This document shows, in pieces, positions 24,976-40,361 of a stretch of DNA of 64,000 bases. Both the position numbers and the translations under genes were made by a program. The notes under the pieces were generated by a model. That model was not told where the DNA came from and searched no databases. It worked only from the letters and a program-made list of their open reading frames with translations. This DNA comes from Bugula neritina (lineage: Eukaryota > Animalia > Bryozoa), in contig OZ037768.1 in NCBI GenBank assembly GCA_964035545.1, positions 11,936,741-12,000,740 on the forward strand, written 5' to 3'. How positions within the stretch are numbered: the first letter of the stretch is position 1; every line of letters begins with the position of its first letter.

Positions 24976-26977
24976 CTGCATCCTGTTGACAGCGAAGAAG
25001 AGCTGTCACTTATTATAGATAAAAAATATCAAATTATATTTATAATTAGAACATTCTGTATATTTTCTTACGTTGTAAAGTTTCGTTGTACATTTTCTCA
25101 TGTTTTAAGATTGTTATGTAAAATACTAAGTACTGAAATACAGTGAGTTTTTTATTTGAAATTTTGCATGGTTTTCTGTAAAAAAAAAACTTGAGTAATT
25201 GTGTGATATTTTGCAGCTCTAGTTAGTTTAAATGACAAACATATTATGTTTGTTCTTGTAACCTAGTTAATTTCCCTTATCAAAGAGGTGGATGGTAATT
25301 TGTTAATTACAGTTTCTATCTTGAAACTACATGGGGAATCTTGCAAACTGAAATGAGCTTCAGTAAATTATATAAATTGTATCTTAGAAGTCCAGGTAGA
25401 GAGTTTCTCATATGGTTAGGTTATGTAACCTGTAGCTTCTCGCGTATGGAGAGCTACAAAGTAATGATGATGAATTAGGTCAAAGCTCTAATCCTAGTAG
25501 TACAGAGCAATCTTATAGTGAATGAACTGTTAGACCTACAGAGTATTCATTCATATGGAGCTAACTTTTTTCCTCAATGCAGTGTAGTTATGATCAAGCT
25601 CTTCTGCTTCTACCCATGTTTGATCAAAAGTCCTTTATGCAGCAGCAACTATGCAATATTCTTGACATTTTATCACTTTTTATTGGTAAGCTTAATTCAA
25701 CCCATTCGAAACACATTACAATTACAAAACTTTGCCTGAAAAATACTGATTATTGTACAGATAATTTTAAATCAACTTGTTCGTCTTGTAATGTTGACAT
25801 TATTAAGTTATTCTGTAGAGTATAGAGTATAGACTAAAGCTAATCTTAGAAAACATTCATTGTGCACCCGTTTCTTGTGTAAATGTAGTGAATTCTAATA
25901 GACTGCACTATACGCGAGGGGATAAATACCAAGACTGCAATAAATTACCGCGCCCAGCCTCCAAGTATAATATTCTATATGCTATGGTATGTGAGATAAA
26001 TGGCAAAATACAATGTTTTCCGCTCCGATCTAGTTTAAATAATAGTCCAAAACGTAATAGCATATAGGTAACATTATTTGTGTGTTTGTTGTAATCGCGG
26101 TACTATGTTGCTATTAAATTACCAAGACTAACCAGCAACGTGAATAACATTGAATTTCTTCCAATTATTATCACCAACTGTTAGTATTAGTATTACTACC
26201 AAGTATCAACTATACATTTTGTTTTACATATTTCAGGTAAAGCTCTGCAAGAAGCTTTGCTCAAAATAAACTATTATACTTAGTACTAAATGTAACTGCA
26301 GTCGAACATATTGCAACTTTTTCAGCACTGTTGGTGTAAGACTAACAGTAACAGTAACTCTAAGTCTAAGAGTTAGACTTAGAGTAACTGTAAGTCAAAG
26401 TGTGACTTATAGTTGCTGTTAGCCTTTAAGTTTAGCTTTAGCCTTAGCCTTAGGCGTTAGCAAAGTTAACTGTTAATGACATTGACTGCGAGTGTGTTTG
26501 TATTTCACTAATTGTTAATCTTGACCTTCAAGTTTTAGTTTATCAACCGAAAATTAAAACTAAATCAAAATGAGTAAATACTTATAGTTATACTCTTATA
26601 CTTATACTAAATCTAATAGACATAGTAATACTAATACTGAGTAATAGTAATACTAATAAGTAATAACTTATAAGTAATTTACTAATAGTGATTTAGAATA
26701 GTATTACTTATTACTATTAATCATAATCATAATGACCATGTAGTTGTAAAATTAAATAAAAGTAATACTAACATTATAATTAAAATAAAAATATTAAATA
26801 TACGATCACAAGTAGTGCCACTACCAATACACTTTGACTTACTGTTACTGCTACAGTACTGAGTGCTAAATTCTGCAAAACTAAACATCCTCATACTACT
26901 GTCCTAATACTAAAAGTAATAGTATTACTATTACTATTACTATTACTATTAGGTGAATAATAGTAATTGTAATCGCC

Positions 26978-29900
26978 ATGGAGCGCAAACAACAGCACAA
27001 GAAAGGTCATCAAAAAGCTGTCACAGATTTGAGAAAGAAATGGAAGGCGGAAAGCCTTGGTGAGTAAGCGTGACTGTGACTGTAAATCGAAGTGTAAGCC
27101 GCTATTGACAATAAAATTGGTGTTGCTAAAGAATAAAACTAAGTTTGGTGACCATTGCAGTATAAGTATAATTCTGGCAATTATAATGCAGTTCGTTATT
27201 TTGCTCATAGTGATAAAGATAATTATCATCATGTTAATGTCCATGCAGTGGGATGCCAAAGTTTTTAACCGTAAATTTTGCACTAGCCAAAGAATCTATT
27301 TAAAGAACCATAACTTTAGAGTGTAGACCATGATCATGATGGTAATAGATTTTTGCCGAATCTGCTTAATTCGTTTTTACTTCAAAACTTTTATTTTCAA
27401 GTAATAATTTATTGGAAATAAATTTAGTATTGTCACCCAATTATAACTAAACCTCATTGATGGTAAAAGCGTTTTAGCTCTGCTTTAGACTGTGCTCTAA
27501 TGTGGCATAGGGTGATTCTGACCAGATGCTCTTTCTACCATTGATGGTTTTTATAAGATTTCAACCTGTGACCTACCAAGCATCATGCTATCCCCATACT
27601 TCCATCAGTAAACTATAACTATACTCCATTCTTATTTTATGTAGCTTTAAGCAAAGAGAAACGCTCACAGCTGTTGGATGCTAAAAGAATCCGGCATTCT
27701 CCTGCTGCCTCCCCAACTCATGGAGACACTGATGATGAGTCAGCAGATGACAATGTTTCTCTTATCCAGGTCTCTGCATGGGAAAATAACTTCCAAATTA
27801 TATTTTTAGAAGTTTGATGGTATGTCTGTATAGCTGTATTTTTGTTATTTGTTTCAGGTGGATAAGGCTATAGAGGATATGAAAAGTAAAAGTGAAAGGA
27901 TTGGAGCTCTGAAACTACTTCAAAGGGCCCTTGCTCAGGGTTCTTTGGTCATAGACCATTTTATGGCGTATGTTTTCTCCCTAAAGCTTACTATTTGTTT
28001 AGCAGACCACCAAGGAACTAAGGCACATATTTTAACATTATAACGCAGCCAGTAGGCTTCATTTCCAGATACTGAAAATTGAGTTTAACCATACAATAAA
28101 GTTAACTACTCTATTTAAACAACTCATTTTCACACGAAAAATCAAAAGTATTTTTTACTAGTTATGAATCATTTGCAAAACTAATGGTTGGAATTTTTTA
28201 TTTACTTGTTGAGATGTTACTGCATAACGACAGTTGTCTAACTAATGGCAAGGATTTTACTACAGGTATGATGGAGCTTTGGACAGGCTGGTTGGTCTGC
28301 TCAGTGACAGCGATGCCGAATTACAGATCGAGTGTGTCTGGTGTGTTGCCAACATAACAGCTGGGGAACATGAGGCCACTCTCAGAGTTGCCAAGTCTAC
28401 TGCACCTTACATGGTTACCTATCTCTCCAGTGATAACCACAATCTTCAGGTATTTTTTTATCAATCTTGGGCTTCTTTTATTTCACGAAAAATAATTAAC
28501 TATTCCTGCAAAATATTTTCATTTTTGACTCCATAATAAACTTGTCTCATTATTTTATACTGCAATCATTCTAAATAAGTAGAACTTCATGGGAACTGCT
28601 GTAATTTATTCGCTTTAAATATTTCTACAATTCTACACTGTTAATACAATTCTGAGACCTCAATATACCAGTTTATAAATTTAAGCTTTTCATGAATGCT
28701 TTTTTTTACAAAGCTGTTGACCCGGTGTGTTCCCTTGTATATAAACTCTACCAACTGTCTGCCTCAAGTTATAAAAGTTCACTCCTTCTGTTAAAAGTGG
28801 GCTAAATCAGCTGTCCTTCCTAGCTACTAACGTGTAGGCATCTAGGAATTCATTCACATCTATCTGACCATCTCCATTTATGTCAATATGTTTGGCCATC
28901 AGCTTTATCTGCTTGTCCGGCATTTCACTTTTGGTTGCTTTTCGGAGGACCTGTGAACAGAATACCAGGTTCAGATAATTTTATAATTTATAACAATTAA
29001 CAATAACAATTAACAAATAACAATAATTATATTTATTTTAAGCAATTTTCTCTCAAGATTATAACCACCACAGCATATGTTCACACAATGTTAAAAGTTG
29101 ATACACACAAATATAACTGATAATGCAATGTGTAGTGCTTTGAACCAATGAGTTGCAGCACTATAGTAATTACGAAATTGACAGTTTCTAGTGTTGGGTT
29201 ATTGTTGTAAAATGAAAAATAGAAGTAGTTGGTCTGTATTGAGAAACTAAATTTGTTGATAAACGGTTGGTATTATTACTCTGATTGAGCTATCTACATT
29301 AGCACTAGCTACTCTACCTACTGCATTAATAACTTTTAATAATTTTTCGGCTGCCTTATACTATCCAATAATAAGTTAGTGTAGTTGTGTTATTTTCAAT
29401 TTAGATCATAAATCTGAGGTCTCATTTTGAAAATGTATAAAATTAAAGGTTTTTCCTAAAGCAGTGATAGTAAAAGTGACTCATAGACTGCGTTGAGGAA
29501 TGTGTGGCTTAGCCATTAGAGAATACTCACTCTACAAGCTTCAATAAACTCATCTCTCGATATAAAACCCGATCGATCTTTGTCGATAGTGTTAAATATT
29601 TGGGTGAGAGTCGCTCTGTGTTTATACAGCGTCTCCATTTCCTCTGCTGCAGGCGCACTGTTTATGTGATTGTTTTCTAACTTCAGTGTGTTGAAAGTTG
29701 TGGCATAAATGACCTACAGTTTATAGTATAACATATTATATAGTTAGCTATGAATTCCCTCACCATAATATTGCCAGTTATGTAGTGCATTGCTACTTCA
29801 AGCTTTCAAGTATTGATGAAGTTATCATAAGTTAAATGTAATTTGAATATTATTCATTAAAAACTATTGAAATTATAAAAACATAAAAATAGTGCTTAAT

Positions 29901-32900
29901 TTAGAGCGTAGCTAGAAGATATTAAGAGGGGGTTGGAAAGCCAGATTAAAAAATGATTTAAAATCACTAGAATTTGAAGGGAAGGTATTATAAAATTTGT
30001 TATATTGCTATGTATTGAAATTTTATTAAATTTTTTGGTTATTCGTACAATTAAAGTGGCTGATATTACATTCTTGCACACCTTACACATCCTACAGTAA
30101 ACTAATGATTAGACGAGAGTGGGTTACGCTGACTTTTCACCAGCTGCCAATCTCAACTGAAACAATGGCTCGAATTTATCTGCTTCATGTGTAACACGGT
30201 GGATTTCTTTGAAAACCAACTAAGACCAGCTGCCCAACACAGCCTGAATCTGCTGTCCTTATAGTCTTTTAGTATTTTCTAACTACATTTCAAAAATAAG
30301 CTCTACTTCTGTAACATTGGTTTTGTATGAAGTACGGCTCTAATAAAATTTATGGCATTAGGAATTGAAAAACAAAAATAGCAAATTTTTTAAAAACTTG
30401 CCAAGACATCGGTTGATTTGCTATGTCATGTTTAACAACTTGCTACTATGAGCTCTATTGGTCTTACCCTGCTTGTATCATTAGACACTGCTTTCACCAG
30501 TTTAGATTTCATTGTTCGCCATGGAAGATCAAGACCAGTTACTGATTTCATGACATCACACCACAGTGTTGCTGTGATCATTCCAGTGTGCTCTGGATCA
30601 TGCTTTCTGAAACTTGAAGTTAGCTCCCCCTTCATTGAGAATACCTACACACACACACCTCACTGTTTTCAACAATTTATAAAGCATGCCATGAATTAGA
30701 GCTATTTGATGGATTGGTAGTTTTATCTTACTATGTTCTCAGCCTACCTTTTCCTTTAGACTCGCCAATGCTGCATCTTCGGTTTTAGTAATCCTTGAGC
30801 TTAGAGTCGCCTGTTGTCCGACTTTCACTTGGAACTGGAAGATTTCTGGAAGGCTGTTTCCTCTGGTAACACTCTTGGTGATTTTTATAAAAGCTCCTAC
30901 AAAAAGTTGTAGTTAAATTAATTGCCCATGCCTCTTTGGCCCAACCATTGCAAATATATTTCTAACTTGTTGAGGCATTACTTTATGATTTGCTGAGAGT
31001 TAATCTGTAATAAGTAGGCCTCGACACCTGTCTCCATCATTATCCACAGCCTACCTTTATTGCTATCTTCCTCATAGTAGTTGGAGGCAGAGAAGACGGT
31101 CAGACACTGGTTGTTGTGGCAGTATTCATACCCCTCAGGTTTACACTCATGTGACCTAATCAGCATCTTGAACCTGTGTTTCTTTAGGACCTAAAAGAAG
31201 AAATTTGATTATCTACATTTAGTTTTGAATAGAGAAATATAATGAGAATGCGTAATTTTTCTAGCTTTTTATATGAACCTATTAGTTTCTAAGTGATGAA
31301 ATTGTCAAGTTTTGAATTATAAAGAATAACAAAAACACATTTTTTACTTTGTTATTGCAATGAAGCTCTTCAAATTATATGAGCATCCTAGTTTGTTCAT
31401 CATAAGTTATTTTATAAGCCTAGACCACGTTTGACTAATGCATTATATCTCACCATATTGCATATGTCGGGTCCGAAGTAGCAACCACCCCCTCGGAATG
31501 TGTTTGGCTCGCAACCGTTTTGTGTTTTCGGATCGCTCCAGAGCATGTCTAGGATTTGGCGCCATTCAGCAAAATTGATTTTCTCTGGATGGCCCTCAGG
31601 CAGGTTTTCGTCTTGTGGTGGATTCAGCACAGACATATACTGGTGTCTGTCCAACTTGTCTATTTCTGCTAGGTTGGTTTTGTTAGAAATTCCACCATGA
31701 CATACGAGGATTTTTTTGTCAATCACCGTGCATATGGGTATCCAGCTTCAAGGAAAATGTCAAGTTTTCAGTATTTCTGATGAATAGCTTCTTATTTGCA
31801 ATAATAAGAATTCTTTAGTGTTTTCTTACCTGAATACATCAGCAAATAGTTTCACTATCTTTGCTGAGTTTTTGTTATACTTCACCATTGCTTCCTTCAC
31901 AAATCCATATCGCATGTTCATCACCTTGAAATATATAGTTTGCTGATATAAATATAGTAATTAAGTCATTGTGGGTTTCCTAAAACTATGATCTCGGAAT
32001 CAATGTTGTGAAGTTCTTGAATGATACTTTAAATTATTTCGCTTTGATTTTAGAAAGTTTACTCTAGTTTTATGAAAGTTAGATAATACATTTTTTTGTA
32101 ATTCTGAGTTTTTATAACTTTTATCAACTTGAAGTATATTAAGTAGCATGTCATTTGATTAGAATATTTGCACGTGCTACCAAGCTGGTAACAACCATTA
32201 ATCAAATGGTGTAAAATATACCAACAAGTTTTGCAGAATTTTGATAAGAGTTTGACCTTTAAACTATACTAAATGGTCTACTTAGTCTCAATGTAAATAT
32301 TTCATGTTGGGAAGACAACTTCCAAAACCATATGTTGATTAGCTCAGGTATATACTGCCTACCTGGTCTTCATGATTTCCTCTGTTTATTATAACTGACT
32401 TTGGATAAACCAGGAAATAAGAGAATAACAGAAGAGCCACCTCGATAGACTGTTCACCTCTGTCAACCAAGTCACCATTAAATATGTAGGGATTCTGTCT
32501 GTCAGGATATCCATTCTGCAAATAACATTCAAGGGTGTATAACTCCTATAACTGGCCGTAATATAGCTTGTCATTTTATGACTGGTGTATAATTTTACCT
32601 TGTAAAATATTAACAGTAAGTCTTCCATTTGCCCATGTATGTCGCCACAAACCGTAACACATGGTAAGTTTCCCAAAGGTACCTATAAAGAGATATACTT
32701 TTATTTTATAATATAATCACCAGTAGTAATATATCATCATGGTGCAGGCTGTATAACAGGAGATATCTAAACTATTAATGTATTTAGTCCTCTCAGATAT
32801 ACGGACTTGAACATACCTGATGCCAACTAGCCATTCCTTTGAACATTTTCCGAGCCTCGTGCAGTATTTGCAGCACATATTTAGCATGTAATACCTGCTT

Positions 32901-35900
32901 GGTTCTAAATGCTTCAACCAGGCCTGTCAGTTGTTCCGCGTCCAACGGGAAGGAGAGCCGTATACCCTGTAATGAATAATAAAGTTTGTAGGAAACTATC
33001 TTTAAATTGTCAGACATATAGGGCTTCTACAATTAAAGTTGCCAGAAAATTTTTTAGCACCCTGCTATTTTATGTAATTTAAAATGCTATTGGCACTTTA
33101 TTAATAAGTTAATAACTGAATGGGAAAACTTATTAAAGTTATTTAAATAGGTTTCGATTTAAAAATATAATTTGGTTTAAAAAGTTTCTCAGCAGTAAGG
33201 AGTGAATATTTGAGCTCACTTGTGTAGAGTTAGCATTTCTCTATGACACATCGTGGCTGTCACAATAAAAAAAAACTATATCCCCAATTGGAGTTTCTTT
33301 TAGCTCAAGTATTATTTACCATCTACACTACTTACGTCATAGTCGGGTTCCACTGTTACTGTAGAAGGATCTGTACATGTCACTAAATCATCTTCCTGCT
33401 TAGGCTGGAATATCAGTATTGCAATGCAACAATAAAAGCTGCAGTAATTTGAGACACGTGTATATTATGTTACCTTATATAATTTTAATACAATGAAGTT
33501 TCGTGTAAAATGTTCTCATCAAGTGTCGAGGATTTTACATTGACTCACGTGATCGTCGCTGCGCAATGACTTATAGAGCACATTTTCATCTCCGTGTCCA
33601 TGCATTAAGAGGTCATTGAAGAAGTTATATAGACTCATCTGGTCCTTCTCATTCTTGTACTCTAGCGACTGAAAGACTTGCCACGTAGCTCTCCGTCTCG
33701 CCTCTAATCTTGCCTGGTACTTCCTGAACCACTTTTGAATAAATATGGCCGCCCGTATCTGAGCATCTCCGTCTGTTAATGGGTCTAGGTCTGTCTTCTT
33801 TCGTTTCTTCACAGACTTAGACGGAGCTCGACTTTTGTTTACTGAAGACTCTTGTGGTGCGCTGCAGAAACAACCCATCATAGATCTCTCATTTGAACTA
33901 TTTACTATTTCCTTTCGTAAAATGAATATAACACAAGGTGTTACTAAACTTTTAAATTAATGATGAATACTATGCTTGCTGGTATTCTATAAATGCATTC
34001 AGAATTTGTTAAAATATTTATTAGCAGTTCCATTGTTTAATTATCAAAATTCATATTAAATTGTATTTTGTCTCAAATTGAATTGATTGTTTCATTTCCA
34101 ACATATTAAAAGCATCACATTGAGTTTTTTCATCAACCTTAACAGCATACTAATTTTAAATTATTTTATTTGTAAATTATGCTAAATTGTGTTAAATTTA
34201 ATACTCAGATACCAAATATTCATTGCTTCATACAAATACAATAAACTGCATAATATACTAAATAAAACTGAAATATCTCAAGTATGATTTACATTATTAA
34301 TAACACCCTAATGCTTGAACTGGACAAAGCAATTTTACTTTAATTTATAATTTCAAGCCTAATTTTTGTTCTGGTAGTCTTATTTTTCACAATGATCATA
34401 ACACTTGAAACCATATCTTATGATCATCTATAACTTTTGAGCTTTCATTGGTATGAAATTGGAATTTAGTCTAAAGTTAGTCCCAATTGTTGAAGTGTTG
34501 AGCCTCTATCAGATTAGTGGTAGGTCTCTTAGTAAGATAGATGTAATGTTGTGGGATTCACGCAGACACTCATCCAGATTAGTTCTTTTTTCTTATCTGT
34601 TTTATTATTTCAGTGTCTTGAATATTATTATTAAATCTTTTCTTCATCTGCAGTATTAGGAGAGATACTAAATAGACAGCATCTTTCACCTCCGTTTTCT
34701 GGACCTGTTGTTGGCAAGTCTGTAACCAGATATAATTTTTACAGGAGCAATGTGCTTGGGCACTTGGTAATATTGCTGGCGATAGTGAAGAGTGCAGGGA
34801 TCTGCTCATATCTCATGGAATTGTTCCCCCTTTAATTTCACTACTGAAGGTATGCCTGCGGTTATTAGGTTTCATTATACCTGCTGTTCTAATCAACTCT
34901 AGTTAGCCAGGCATTGATAGAAACTCAGATGTGACCAGATAACATTCGCTGCCGGCAGGTTTTGCTGACTTTTATTGACTGCAAATATCTGTCTGTTCAA
35001 ATACAATAATTATCAATACAGTTTTTATTCTCATTTAGTTTAAGCTTTACAAAGATTATGATTATTCTGTGTATTCCAATGCATATATTGGAGGAATTAT
35101 GTATTTTTATACTTGTGTACTTAGTCTACTGTATAATTATTATTTCTTATGTTTATAAACAAATGTTAGTTTTATGTGAAAAATGAAGCTTTAAACATGT
35201 TTCAGTTAACCTGCAGTAATTTACCTTCAAGTTGAAATTAAAAGTTATCGAGACTTGTATAGGGATGATGACTCCTACGTGAATCCTATATGATGAGCGG
35301 CAGCAGTTCAATGATATTACTTAAAATAAAGAGCAAACAACTTCAACCATCTGCTACAGAGTATTTTTAATATAGCATATCTTTGGTTTAGTATCTTTTT
35401 GCCATTTTAAAAACTTCATGCAGTGAGGTTATCTTTGTTTCAGTCACCGGATAGTGGCTGCGTTAAGAATTCAGCCTTCGCCTTGTCAAACCTGGCTCGT
35501 GGTAGCAATGAGAAGAGAGCTCTGCTGTTGGGTGCTGGGATCCTGGAGTCTTTGCTCTGTCTGCTCAGTGAGAACTGTGTGGAGGATATTGTTACAGAAG
35601 TGTCCTGGGTGCTGTCCTATCTCAGTTCAAGGTCACTTACTCAGTCACACTCACTTACTCAGTCACTCTCTTACTCAGTCACTCACTTACTCAGTCACTC
35701 TCTCTCACTCACTCATTCTCTCCCAGTCACTCTCTCTCACTCACTCATTCTCACTCAGTCACTCACTTACTCAGTCACTCACTTACTCAGTCCCACTCAC
35801 TCAGTCACTCTCCCACTCACTCCCACTCACTCTCCCAGTCACTCTCCCAGTCACTCTCTCACTCAGCCGATCTGCAGAATAATTCATCATCGTTCAAACT

Positions 35901-37781
35901 ACTTTCAGGATTCATCAAGTCAATCTTATAATATACAGTATATAGTTTATATTTTGTAGTTAGATTAGCGTAGTCAACTGCTGCAACCACTATTCTTGTG
36001 TGTTCAACAAAGTGTTGGTTTATATTCTACAGCACTGAGAATGAGACTCAGCTGTACAACAGTGGAACTGTGAGTAAAATGGTTGACCAGCTTATTATTC
36101 ACTCCAAAGATGAAGATCTGCACAACAATGTGGTAAATTCTCCTTCTGCATGAGCAGCCATTTATTTTATTTCTCACAGTTGGCATGTATTTCCGTTGTC
36201 TTACAATAAATATTATGATAATTGTGTTTATACCATTATTTCTGTAGCTGGCCACACCAGTTCTCAGATTCTTGGGTAATGTGTTTAGCGGCCCTGATGA
36301 ACTGAGTGAGAGAGCCTGTGCAGAGCACCCCACCCTCTTGACTACCATAGCCAAGTTTCTCTGCAGCAATCACAGACATGTAATCAAGGAGACTTTATGG
36401 CTACTCAGCAATATTTCTGGTCAGTATCACTTATTTCAATTGTTTATATATGATCATAGCAAATTTTGTGGCTAATTCCGTTGTTATACATGCATTTGAC
36501 CATTTTTATAAGACTGGGAAAGCGTAGGTTATAAGTTTTTAATGGAAAATCAATTTTTATCGTCTGAGCTGAGTGAGTGCTAATTTTAACTCGTTAGATG
36601 TTTATTGTAGCTCTAATATGAAGACCATGCCAATTGATGTAACACCAATATTCTAATGAACCATTTTTGTTAATTGACTTCCAGCCTCAGAGACTTTTTA
36701 TTCCTATTTTTAAGCCATGTATGTTACACTGTTATCATTTTTAATATCAGGGGCATTGGTATTTAACACCTTTTTTTCACAACATATATCATGTTAGTGA
36801 TAGAAATAAAATCAATCAATCAATCATTAAAAGTTTTTTAATAATAATTGTTGAAAAAAGGTAATAAAATTATTGCACATATTTTGTTCAATATTAACCT
36901 TTGTTGGAACTCGACAACTAATTACCCGTGGACAATGTTGTTACCCAAAAAACTTAAAGTCATTCTAGGAAATTATTAATATTATCCCGGAGTAGTATAT
37001 TAAGTAATCAATGTGTAATATTTTTCATGTGAAAATAATTTGAAACTAATAAGTTTTATTATTGTATATTTATTTAGCGGACTTCAAGGTATGTAAAGAG
37101 ATTGTGGCATCGGATCTTATTGAAAAGTTGGTAAAACACCTGAGTTCTTCATATGAGATTAAGATGGAGGCTGCATACTGCCTGTGCCACATCGCTATTC
37201 ACCAGCAGAAGGATTGGGCTGAGGCTATGCTTGAGAAACAAGCTGTCAAAGCTTTTGTTCCATTTCTTAAGTCACATGATGGAGAGGAGATACACGTAGC
37301 TCTCACCTACTTTGAAGCTATGTTTAGAATTTTGGTTAGTCACTTATTATATTTTTTAATTTGAATTATTTAAATATGGTTGGTTAAATTCTACCTGTTT
37401 AACCTTTTCCCAAATGTGTGCAGGAATTCTTATGTAAAGTTAATCAAATTTACTGGGTTGTAAATTCTGGTAGCTCTCCTTTGAATTTTGATACTGCCAG
37501 TCTAGAAAATATGATCTTCATTATTTATTATCTTACTTATTTAAACATAGAGTAGCGATTACCTTTGTTAGTTCACTTCATATCAACTTATTCTACACCT
37601 AAATGTGTTGTATCCACATATATATATCTTTTGTTTATAGAATTGTACTAAACAGTTTGAAGATGCCGGTGGCCTTTCTTGTATTGAACCTTTGGAGTAT
37701 CACAAGGATGAGAACATAAAGGCTGTCACTAATGATTTACTAGAGAAGTATTTCTATAAAGAGGAAGCAACTTCTGGCTAA
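26978..37781 (+). CDS. TMCO6: TMCO6-like importin-alpha family ARM-repeat protein; exons 26978-27059, 27645-27769, 27858-27967, 28266-28449, 34745-34849, 35444-35631, 36033-36132, 36248-36419, 37078-37334, 37641-37781
   Basis: Basic IBB-like N-terminus ([15 protein letters not shown]), ARM repeats ([45 protein letters not shown]), importin-alpha-type end ([16 protein letters not shown]...LLEKYF); all ten exons in phase; divergence from canonical KPNA fits TMCO6. Confidence 0.8.
28807..33878 (-). CDS. PPEF: Ser/Thr protein phosphatase with EF-hands (PPEF/rdgC, PP7 family), multi-exon, nested in the TMCO6-like intron 4
   Basis: MGCFCS acylation start, IQ motif ([17 protein letters not shown]), PPP motifs GDIHG, GDLVDRG, RGNHE, CHGG, LWSDP, IRSHE, FSASNY; EF-hands [13 protein letters not shown] and [13 protein letters not shown]; TGA at 28807-28809. 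Confidence 0.95.
35632..35866. repeat. Degenerate (TCAC/TCAG/TTAC)n tetranucleotide repeat starting at the exon 6 splice donor
   Basis: gtcacttactcagtcacactcacttactcagtc... for ~235 bp. Confidence 0.93.
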
Positions 37782-38210
37782 TATTCATTTGAATATTCTG
37801 ACATTTTTATGGATATATATTTGTATATTATAGTCTCTTTCAAAACTAAATGACAAAAAATAAAGTTTTTTTAGTAGATATATTGTACTATGATTATATG
37901 ATTTGGCATTCTATTTTATATAACCTATAGCTATACTATGCATTTCACAGTGACTTTTTCAAATTTTTGGTGAGTAGGGCTAACGTCTTTTTACTGTATA
38001 TTATTCACTTGCAGTAACTTGTATGACCTATTAGGTTTATAAAAATACGACTGTATGTATTTAGTGTGTAGTATATATGATATGTTAATAATACATGGTT
38101 TGATGTAAATATAAATAAAATGGTGTGCATAATATATTTATTGTCTGTGTATCTCATGTCAAACATCAGTTAATGTACATTCACAGTTTATCTCTGAGAA
38201 ATATTTATAG

Positions 38211-40361
<2,151 letters not shown>

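Noticed and set aside
26891-27326. Hydrophobic ORFs of 130 and 89 aa
   Set aside because: Products of periodic low-complexity DNA overlapping the real TMCO6-like exon 1 and intron 1
35265-35330. Intronic C/D-box snoRNA (two ATGATGA boxes)
   Set aside because: No CTGA D box or terminal stem at a suitable distance
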